Positions 41,051-51,147 of a DNA stretch of 64,000 bases are shown here, in pieces; the stretch's first letter is position 1; every line of letters begins with the position of its first letter. The position numbers and the translations under genes are program-made. The notes beneath the pieces are model-generated. The model worked only from the letters and a program-made list of their open reading frames with translations, was not told where the DNA came from and did not search any database. Source of the stretch: Octopus vulgaris (Eukaryota). The DNA lies in the NCBI GenBank assembly GCA_951406725.2, contig OX597817.1, forward strand, positions 29,264,001 to 29,328,000, given 5' to 3'.

Positions 41051-41289
41051 AATATATATACATATATATTTTTACATGCATACATACACACACACACACA
41101 TAATACATGCGTATATTCCTACTGTACCCATGTATTTCTATACATATATACATACATACAAACGATACACATATACAAGCGTGCACATATAATATGTGAA
41201 AGGTCTTAGGAGAAAAGGTAATCGGGGGTGCTAGGGGAACAGTGGGGTTGGGGGGGGGGTTGTAGGAGGGGGGGTCACCTGTAGCTAGG

Positions 41290-41591
41290 GCGTTGTCATC
41301 AATCAGGTTGCCGGGTAGGTCTATAGTTCTTGTAGTTCGCATACTTCTTATGCATGCAATTTGCCAGGAGTGTTCTGAAAATTTGTTAAGGAGAGGGCCT
41401 TTGGCGAACAAGATATCTAGGCTCTCTGATATGCATAGGTCACGGCAGGTATGCCTCCTGTGTACGAGCGCGCCTTCTGTAGTAGTTTCCCACTTGGTCT
41501 TGAAGGGAGTTCCTTTTATAGGTACCCAGATGTGGGCGGCGAGGGTAGTTTGGTTGGATCCTGTCGCCGGAACGAGTGTGTATGTGCATAC
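41290..41591 (-). pseudogene. GIY-YIG endonuclease C-terminal remnant (left arm, frameshifted)
   Basis: mirror of 41625-41930 with small indels. Confidence 0.8.
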
Positions 41592-41607
41592 TTTCCAATG
41601 GTCTTAA

Positions 41608-41922
41608 AGCTTTATGACCCGCTGGTATGCACATACACACTCGTTCCGGCGACAGGATAAATCCAACCAAACTACCCTCGCCGCCCACATCTGGTACCTT
41701 AAAAGGAACTCAATCCCCTTCAAGACCAAGTGGAAACTACTACAGAAGGCGCGCTCGTACACAGGAGGACATACCTGCTGTGACCTATGCATATCAGAGA
41801 GCCTAGAGATCTTGTTCGCCAAAGGCCCTCTCCTTAACAAATTTTCAGAACACTCCCCAAATTGCATGCATAAGAAGTATGCGAACTACAAGAACTATAG
41901 ACCTACCCGGCAACCTGATTGA
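41608..41922 (+). pseudogene. GIY-YIG endonuclease C-terminal remnant of a Naiad-like PLE (right arm)
   Basis: SFMTRWYAH..SF..TTLAAHIW..W..CDLCISE..LLNKFSE..CMH aligns by eye to SFKTRFYSH..SF..TSLAKYVW..W..CNLCLLE..SLNQRSE..CRH of the 630-aa ORF. Confidence 0.88.
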
Positions 41923-42163
41923 TGACAACGCCCCCCTACAACCCCCCCCCTACACCCCCCCCCCAACCCCACTGTTCCCCTAGCACCCCCGATTACCTTT
42001 TCTCCTAAGACCTTTCACATATTATATGTGCACGCTTGTATATGTGTATCGTTTGTATGTATGTATATATGTATAGAAATACATGGGTACAGTAGGAATA
42101 TACGCATGTATTATGTGTGTGTGTGTGTATGTATGCATGTAAAAATATATATGTATATATATT

Positions 42164-42204
<41 letters not shown>

Positions 42205-42566
42205 GCTTGTATGTGTGTGTGTGTGTATATGTGTATATGTGTTTGTATGTATATGTGTATATATGTATATGCATATGTATGTGTAAATGTATGTGCTTAT
42301 GTATGTATGTATGTATAAAATATTATATAATTAGGCTTAGGAAAATAAAATAAATTACTTTGCCACATACTAAACTTTCTAGAAATAGCAGCCAATAAAG
42401 TTTTTTAGCCTCTTCCACTACTTAGAGAATTTTTTTCCCTCTAACATTGTTTACTCAAAATAATAATGGTCCCTTTACATACTGAACACTTGATGAAATT
42501 GATTAATAACTAATTAACTTTACCCTCCCTTGTTGATATATATATACATATGTATATGTGTACATG

Positions 42567-42627
<61 letters not shown>

Positions 42628-42885
42628 ATGTGTGTATGTATGTATTTGTATATGTGTGTGTGTATATGTATGTGTGCGCGTGTGTGTATGTATGTATGTA
42701 TACTTGTATATGTATATGCATGAATGTATATATATATATGTGTGTGTATATGTGTATTATGTATGTATTTATATAGATATGTAGTTTATATAGATATATG
42801 TATGTATATGCATCTGTCTGTGTGTGTGTATGTGTATATATGTGTATCATTTTTGCGTATGTATACATGTATATGTGTATATGTA

Positions 42886-42918
<33 letters not shown>

Positions 42919-43223
42919 GTGTATATATATGTATATATATATATATATGCATACGTATGTGTATGTACATGTATATATGTATGTGTGTATATGTATATAT
43001 GTTTATATATGTGAGTATGTAGTGATATAAGTATATGCATGTGTATGTATGGGTATGTGTATCAGTGTATATGTATATATGTATGTGTGTGTGTATGTAT
43101 ATGTATGTATATGTGTATATATGTATGTGTATATGTGTATGTATATATATATATATATATGTGTATATGTGTGTATGTATGTGTATGTGTATGTATGTGT
43201 ATATATATCTATATATGTATGTA

Positions 43224-43269
<46 letters not shown>

Positions 43270-43765
43270 TGCGTGTGTGTATGTATGCATATATGTATGT
43301 ATGCATGTATATGTGTATGTGTATATATATGTGTGTAAGTGTGTGCATATATGTATTTGTAAGTATGTGTGCGCGTATGAGTATGTATGTATGCTTGCAC
43401 ACGTGTATATATATGTGTGTGTGTGTATATATATGGATGCGCGTGCGTGTGTGCACGTGTATGGGTACGCATGTATATGTGTATGTGCGTGTATGCGTAT
43501 ACGTGTATGTATGTATGTGTGTGCGTAGATTTGTATATGTATGTGTGAGTGTGTATATATATATATATATATATATACATATATATAGATGGGGGTGTGT
43601 GTATGCGTATAAATGCATGTAAGTATGGATGTATGGATGTATGTATGTATGTATACGTATGTATGTGTGTATGTGTGTATGTATATATATATGTGTGTAT
43701 ATATGTTTGTGTATGTATATATATGTGTATGTATGTGTGTGTATATGTATGTGTGTATGTGTATG

Positions 43766-43823
<58 letters not shown>

Positions 43824-44274
43824 TATGTATCTGTATGTAGGAGTATATATGTGTGTGTGTGTATGTATATGCGTGTATATATATATATATGTATATTTAT
43901 TGGTGTATATGTATAGACTAGCCTCCTAAAGTGTAGACACGAACCTGTAGGTACGAGTACGTATGTGTATATACGTGAACGTATGTAGATGTTTGTATGT
44001 ATGAATATAACGCGTGCGTACGTGTATGTGTATGAGTGTACGAATGGGTGAATGTACGTGCTAATGAGTGTGCGTGCGGGAATGAGTACTTGCCTTCTAG
44101 TAGACAGACAAATGGACATGCAGCCATTGCCAGGATTCTTAGCCCTAGCGATCAAAGATAACAAAAGTAATAAATGAAGATAATAAAATTAAAATTAGGG
44201 AATGGGCCTGTATTGGATTGTATATATATATATGTATATGTATATTTGTATGTATGTATGTGTGTATGTGTAGG

Positions 44275-44312
<38 letters not shown>

Positions 44313-44699
44313 TGTGTGTATATATATGTGTATGTATGTATGTGTGTGTAGATACGTATACATGTGTGTATAGGTATAAGTGAGAATCTCCTTATTTACC
44401 TATAACTCTATCCCCCCTTTTTTTATATATATATTTTTATATATATATATTTTATATATATATTTTTTTATATATATTTTTTTTATATATATTTTTTATA
44501 TTTTTTATTTTTTTATTTTTTTATTTTATTTATTTTTTTATTTTTTTATTTATCTATTCTTTCATCTAACTTACCACTGACTCCTTGACCACTCCCCCAA
44601 GTATGATATTTTGCGCTATGCCTACCCCCAAAAAGTCCCCCACCACCACTCCTTTAAACCTGCCTAAATGTATAAATGCTAATACAATTCTTGTTAAAT

Positions 44700-44750
44700 A
44701 GCTTCCTGAAGATTTCTCTTGAATGAAACAGTACTAGTCCTGTAGAAGCT
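44700..44750 (+). ncRNA. type I hammerhead ribozyme (right arm of element B)
   Basis: agcuuc-CUGAAGA-u-uuc(ucuu)gaa-u-GAA-Acag(uacuaguc)cugU-A-gaagcu; 6-bp stem I; GUA triplet; predicted cleavage after 44744; AATAAA at 44761. Confidence 0.85.
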
Positions 44751-44761
44751 CCTTCTATATA

Positions 44762-44795
<34 letters not shown>

Positions 44796-44802
<7 letters not shown>

Positions 44803-47784
44803 AAATATAAAAATATATAAAAAATATATTAAAAAATATATAAAATATAGAAAAATATATTAAAAAAATATATACAAAATTATAAACTTCGAGGAAAAAC
44901 CTTACATTGAATAAAATACATATTGACCTTAATGAAGGAAATATAATTAATACATGGGAATTGAAATGCATTAAAAATATGTATTAAAAATATAACACAG
45001 CAATTCATATTCATATTAAAGTATACATATATACCAACATACACAGAATAGATGCGTGCGAACCCCATACATATCCAGACGTATAAATATAAAGCTAAAA
45101 TATACACGCAGGTGCATGTATACATATGTATACGCAATCTAGCTCGCACGCAAGCTAAAATCATAGTAGATTAAGTATCTTCCGTATTTACGAAGCTTAG
45201 GGCATGAATGAGCGAGGGGAGCGTGAAGCTGCCTGCTGGCTTTATACATGTATCGTATTGTTAGAGAAAAAACGAAAGAAAGGAAGAGAGAGAAAAAGGA
45301 AAAGGGGAAGGAAAAAAAGAAAAGAAAAAAGAAAAAGAACAAAGGAGGGTTGGGGAGAAAAACGGAATAGGAAAAAAAGAAAGACTATGTATACAAGCCG
45401 TGCAACCTCGTACATTGACACATATATAGAGATGCCAGTGCACAAACATGTGTTTGTGTGTGTTCGAGCACAAACATACGCTTACTCACACATACACAGG
45501 GACGCACTCTCACGAACACACACTCGTGGCCATACACACACCTACATCACAATTCTAATTTTTGACAACATTGCTTTTAAAAAAAGGTGAGTGTAATAAT
45601 GAAAATTATATGAGAGATATGTAAAATGTATCCCCCTATTTCAGATCATCTATAAATTAAAATCAAAGTAAGCCTATACAATATAATAACACTAAGTCGA
45701 AGGTTTTTCCTAATAAATATGTAGAAATTTAAACAAAATATATGCATGAGGCTTTGCTATACGGAATGGAATCTGCATAGCGCGAAACAAATCCATCGTT
45801 GCGTTTACATACTAGTCCAAGAATCAAAATCAAAATTTCAAAATCAAAAATACAAAATATATACTCTAACCATATGGTATATTTATGCTTGACATTTTAA
45901 ATTTGGCTGCGTGCCTGCATAAGTTCATCAGCTCACTTCTTTGATTCAAAGAATTATTGTCTTTGAATAAGATGTAGAATTTTTCTAACAGGCAAAGGTT
46001 GCATTTGAAATTATTTTTGTGTGCTCCATGCCTGTATGGTGCCGCTCTGTCCAGAATGCTCCATGTCACATTGAAAGGTGGGGTTTCCTTTTCTTTCAGT
46101 TCCCAGACATATTTTGCTAGGCTGGTCCTCTTCCTATTTTCTGGGTATCTAAATGAATTTTTATGAGAATAAAATCGCGTTTTAAACGAGTTTTCTGAAG
46201 CCCCTGTATATGTCTTGTATTCCGATGAGCCTTCTATTTGTACCTTCGCTTTGTAAACTACTCCTTTTACTAGACATTTCCCTTCTAACGGGCAGAAGGA
46301 TTCATTTTTGAAATTGCATTTCTTAATGGGCTTGGCACCATGTTTAATCTCAATCAGATTCCTATTATGCTGGCTAATGTAAGACGCGAAATTTCTACAA
46401 CAAGAATAGCTAACCTTCAGTGTTCTATTAAATATCCTATAGAATTTATGGTCCTGCTTAAAATGCTTAGAGATTAATTTCAAAAATTCCTTACCTATAT
46501 TAGTCTTTACGGCCAAATTGAAAGCCGGGTTGAACCACAAAACTTTCCTGTTCCTAGTTCTTCGCGCGGTATTATTATCAGCATTAGGCTGGTTGTACTG
46601 GATCTTCTCCGAGAATCCACTATTCCTTAATGCGCTATCGTAATAAGGCGCAGCATTATGGAATGCTGCTTCGTCCGAAGAAATTGAAGATATTCTTCTA
46701 CCTACATTGCTGACTAAGTTCCTAAGGATAACTGGCGGATGGTTCGAATCTTTGCTAATATACGATAGCTTTTCGTTGGGCTTACAGAAAGGTTTAAATC
46801 TATCCGACCTTACATTAAAATTTACGTCTAAAAAATCTACACTATTCAGGTTAGTGTCTATTGTAACCCGTAAGCCCATCCTTTGGAAGAAAGCAATAAA
46901 GTCCTTTCTAAGTCTATCTGATTCATGGCCGTTTAAATTATGGGTGGCTATAAGGCCGTCATCCCTATATAAACCTGCATCTATAAATGGGAATTCTATT
47001 TTTAGATTATGAAGAATACAGGCTCCTACGAGCATACATAACTCAGCCCCGTCGTATGCCCCCATCGGTACATCCAAAAGAGAATCCTCACTCTTCTTGA
47101 TCCAGGTGGAATCCTCGAAAAAAAGAAGTGATATCCTCGCATGCATAATAATAATATCAATTTCCGAGCTATCGATGTCGACATACTGCTTGGCGAAGTC
47201 TAATGCCCTTAGGAGTAACGTCCTAGATATTGACGGGTAAAAATCAATAATATCGAATTGTGTAAAACTGCAATTATTCTTATAGCTAATACCTTTAAAC
47301 CACTCTATGACTGACTTACTATTCTTCCAAATTCTCAAGTTTACTTCACTATCTAACTTAGTTAAAATACGGTCCAAAATATTTTTGCTAATAATGCCTA
47401 TTTCAGTTTTAGCTGGGTTTATCAATCTACATTTAGGGTTTCTATTAAAATTGGCTTTATGGTCTTTTAGTGTAATAAAAGCTGGTCGTGGGGAAAGATA
47501 TTCAATCCTATCACTAACCTTAAGCTTGTTAGCTATTCCTCTTGCTTCCAAATTCACTTCTTTGTATATATTTGTGTTATCTTTTTTGTATGTGTCTGTG
47601 ACACTATTCGAAATCAGGCGTTTATAAACGTCCTTATCAAGTGCATATAAGTTCCTTGTCTTATCAGAATTAACGAAGATCTTATTCGAGTTGTTAATCT
47701 CCTTAATTTTTTCTTTCATATTTCTTTGTAATTGGTTGCTATATTTGCGGAATTTCATTTTCCTAATAAATTCGAAAAGGTCTT
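44796..47784 (-). mobile_element. PLE element A (Naiad-like), 5'-truncated body and proximal 3' UTR
   Basis: reading frame stays open upstream of the Met (DLFEFIRK) to a (TA)n junction at ~47784; ~1.07 kb lies downstream of the stop before (TA)n. Confidence 0.85.
45866..47758 (-). CDS. Penelope-like reverse transcriptase + C-terminal GIY-YIG endonuclease (630 aa, N-terminally truncated)
   Basis: RT motifs FDIIDFYPSI, PMGAYDG, YRDD, FLDV; SNHPP; Cys linker CNF..CPLEGKC; VVY...YTG..FKTR..H; CNLC..EK; LNQRSE..CRH. Confidence 0.95.
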   Translation of the reverse strand: MKFRKYSNQLQRNMKEKIKEINNSNKIFVNSDKTRNLYALDKDVYKRLISNSVTDTYKKDNTNIYKEVNLEARGIANKLKVSDRIEYLSPRPAFITLKDHKANFNRNPKCRLINPAKTEIGIISKNILDRILTKLDSEVNLRIWKNSKSVIEWFKGISYKNNCSFTQFDIIDFYPSISRTLLLRALDFAKQYVDIDSSEIDIIIMHARISLLFFEDSTWIKKSEDSLLDVPMGAYDGAELCMLVGACILHNLKIEFPFIDAGLYRDDGLIATHNLNGHESDRLRKDFIAFFQRMGLRVTIDTNLNSVDFLDVNFNVRSDRFKPFCKPNEKLSYISKDSNHPPVILRNLVSNVGRRISSISSDEAAFHNAAPYYDSALRNSGFSEKIQYNQPNADNNTARRTRNRKVLWFNPAFNLAVKTNIGKEFLKLISKHFKQDHKFYRIFNRTLKVSYSCCRNFASYISQHNRNLIEIKHGAKPIKKCNFKNESFCPLEGKCLVKGVVYKAKVQIEGSSEYKTYTGASENSFKTRFYSHKNSFRYPENRKRTSLAKYVWELKEKETPPFNVTWSILDRAAPYRHGAHKNNFKCNLCLLEKFYILFKDNNSLNQRSELMNLCRHAAKFKMSSINIPYG

Positions 47785-48193
47785 ATATATATAAGACATT
47801 CAGCAATACAGTAAAATGAATAAGGAATATCTATATAAATGTTTGAACAGAGTGATATACTTATCAGAAATATAAATTTCTTCATTGGTAAATATCTCTA
47901 ATTTTCGCTTATCAGGACACTATGGAGATTGCAGTCCTATAATCATATAGAAAATGCTGAATAGCTTAGCTTAGAAGTGGGTAAGCTAAATCATATATTT
48001 ATCTATTTTTGCAACTGATAAAATTTTTTTCTTTTCTTGCAGTATGAAATCATAGCCATACCTTATCCTGAAGTATATTTATATTTGAAACAAATGTGAA
48101 TGAATTAGGAGCTGATACATCACTGCCTAGGTCATTTTGCCCAAAATTTGAAGTGTAACTCCCCGTTTTATTCCATAGCAAGACTATATATAG

Positions 48194-48413
48194 ATTTCTT
48201 TATTGCCCACACAGGGTTAAACATAGAGGGGACAAACAAGGACAGACAAAGTGATTAAGTCGACCCCAGTGCATAACATTGGTACTTATTTAATCGACCC
48301 CGAAAGGATGAAAGGCAAAGTCGACCTTGGCGGAATTTGAAATCAGAACATAACGGCAGATGAAATACCACTTTTCATTTCACCCAGCGTGTGAACGATT
48401 CTGCCAGCTCGCC
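48194..48413 (-). mobile_element. SINE family 1
   Basis: matches the family. Confidence 0.85.
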
Positions 48414-48779
48414 ACCCTTATATAGCAAGACTATATATTTTGTCCAAATACAGGTACTTCGGTATAATGATTAGATGTTTTTAAGTTTTCAAACTATTTG
48501 GCATTCAGAAAATACACACACACACACCATCTGATGTGGAGGGTATCTTCTATTTTCATAAAAGATTTGATAAAAGAAGTTTTGCAAAGGTTTCTGACCT
48601 TGAAATTAGAAGGTTGGTCCAGTATACTGCTTGAAAGCAGTATACCATATATCATCAAGTAGATTATCATACAGAGATTTAGGCCATCAATTAAGTAATC
48701 AAAAAAGTGCAAGCTCTGTACAGCTTAAAGAACACACATCCTTATTAAATTGAAAAACTGTTCCAAATTTCTAAAATCT

Positions 48780-49630
48780 ATGTTAGAAATTTTTACAAGA
48801 TGTATGTATGTCAACAAAATGCTGCTATCCAGCTGGAAAACATCCTGCTCACCATAAACTTTATCTCTTAAGTATTCCCTTAAAAATGTCTTGTGGTGTT
48901 AGATTCAGTGAATGTGGAGAGTATTCTAAAGAAATTCTTCATCCAATCTACCTGTTTGGAAGAATCTCATCAATGTAAGAACTTATATTACTAAAGTTAT
49001 ATTCAGGTGCTCCAACTTGCTGGAAATAAAACTTCATGCCTTCATTGTCCTCTTCAATCATTGGCATAACATATTTCCACAGCTAGTTCAAATAAATGGG
49101 ACCAATCATACTACCATCGACTAAGAAGAGTCAAATTAATGCTTTTCATAAGTTGCACCATACTGTAGCACTTGATAAATCAAGATGATATTTTCCTCTT
49201 TAATATGCAGATTCTTTGGCCCAAAGCAAGTGCAATTTTGTCAATTGATTGGGTCATTTTATTTAAATGTGTCCTCATTGTTCCAAAGATTCTTTGCTGG
49301 AAAGAGTGCATTTTTTACACATCTTTGAAAAGTACTATTTACAAAACTCCATGCTTTAGTCCAGATCATCTTCATTCAGAGCATGAACTATTCTTGGAAT
49401 GTAATTTTTCCAATTACAATGCTTCAAAATACAGTGACTGCTTGATCTTGAAGTTTCTATCTCAAGGCTCACTTACAGCACAGATTTTCTTGAACTCTAG
49501 CAATACACTTCTGCCACCTTTGCTTGCATGGTCAATGTCTGTGGTCTCCTGGAAAGTTTCTTGTGATCATTTTGAACAGCTCTATCTGCTTGAAACTTAT
49601 CTCTAATTCCCGTAATGGCAAATTGTATTG
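48780..49630 (-). pseudogene. heavily decayed Tc1/mariner-superfamily transposase
   Basis: fragments IRDKFQAD..SRRP, YIPRIVHALNEDD, ILWNNEDTF, FPNR*IG..YSPHSLNLTPQD..RDKVY (cf. WSDEAxF, WPPRSPDLTPLD). Confidence 0.7.
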
Positions 49631-49799
49631 ATGAATCTATTTCAAACTCCCTCCTAAACTGACAATTTTAAAAGAAATGAAAATTAAGTAATATATTAAT
49701 AAAGTGTTTATACATATTTTTGAACACACACACACATGCACACTCACTGTCTTTTTGTCTCTCTTTCTCTCCACCCCTCTCTCTCTCAGTACCCTGAGA

Positions 49800-50965
49800 G
49801 AAAAGGTGGACATAAGAAGCATCAGGTGTGTTGTACAAGAGATATGACTGCCTTAGTATGGTCATGTGATATGTATGGATGAGGACAGCTGTGTGAAGAA
49901 GTGTTGCACTCTAATGGTGGAGGGAATGTGTGAAGGAGGTAGACATGGGATGAGATGATGAAACACCATCTTCAAATGTTGGGCCTCACAGAGGCAATAA
50001 CAAGCAACTGAGAGCTTTGTTCCTTCTCAAGCCACACCTGGCTCATAAGGGCTGGTTTCCTGATTTCCTTGGCATATAGGTTCCCCACCTGGATGGGACG
50101 CCGGTCCGTCGCAGGTGAGCTGCAAGATGCAGGAGGAAAGAGTGAGAGAAAGTTGTGGCGAAAGTGTCAGCAGAAGTTCGCCATTACCTTCTGTCAGAGC
50201 CATATGGAGCTTAAGTGTTTCACTCATAAACACACACTTTGCCCGGTCTCAGATTTGAACCCGCGATCCCTCAACTGCGAGTCCGCTACTCTAACCACTA
50301 GGCCATGTGCCTCCACAACTGAGACCTTTGGAGATATGCTGTGCTTGAGAAGACCCGTCAAACCAAGTAAGATCATAGTCATGCCTAATGTCAGTGTCAT
50401 GTAACTGGCCGGCTAAAAGCACTCTTCAATTGTTGGGCAATATGCTGTGCTTGTGAAGACCTGTCGGACTGAGTGGAATCATAGTTGTGGCCGACGCCAG
50501 TGCCATGTGACTGGCATCCATGCCAGTGGCATGTAAAAAGCACCATTTGAGCGTTGGGCCTCATAGAGGCAGTGATGTCAAGCCATGTGAGATTGTAGTT
50601 GTGGCCGATGCTAGTGTTGCATAAATGGCCTGCTGAAAGCACCCTTCAATCACTGGGCCTCATGGAGGCAGTGACAGGTGACAAAGACCTTTGGTGATAC
50701 ACTGTGCTAGACCTATCAAACCAAGTGAGATTGTAGTCATGGCTGATGCTGATGTCAGGTCATTGGCGCTTGTGTTGGTGGCATGTAAAAAGCACCCACT
50801 ACACACTTGGAGTGGTTGGCATTAGGAAGAGCATCCAGTCATAGAAGCCTTGTCAAATCAGATTGGAACCCTGTGCAGTCCCCTGGCTTACCAGTTTTCA
50901 GTCAAACTGTCCAACCCAATTCAGCATGGAAAGGGGATGTTAAATGGTGATGATGAAGATGATAA
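49800..50965 (+). mobile_element. RTE-clade LINE 3' end (ORF2 C-terminus + repetitive 3' UTR + GAT tail), interrupted by a SINE at 50020-50316 (-)
   Basis: YGHVICMDEDSCVKKC..VEG..GR; CAACTGAGA(G/C)CTTT duplicated around the SINE. Confidence 0.75.
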
Positions 50966-51097
50966 TGTTGATGCAGCCAAAATTGCGAGGATGATCCGGT
51001 TCTTGACTGAAGATTGAAGGCTTCGAATGTCCCGTCCGTGTTTTTTGTATCGTCTTCTAAATGTTTTGCGTTCTTGTCCCAGTTTGTATTTTTTTAC

Positions 51098-51147
<50 letters not shown>

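Larger units (their letters stand above)
38350..44767. mobile_element. PLE element B: head-to-head inverted pair of 5'-truncated copies (arms 38419-41591 and 41625-44767; left arm has a ~70-nt tail)
   Basis: arms are reverse complements (mirrored ORFs such as 39044+ and 44164-); each carries a GIY-YIG C-terminus and a hammerhead; both ends abut (TA)n. Confidence 0.88.

Noticed and set aside
45866-47758. Selenocysteine recoding, reported for some Naiad elements
   Set aside because: No in-frame TGA in the ORF or in the right-arm remnant, and no SECIS identified
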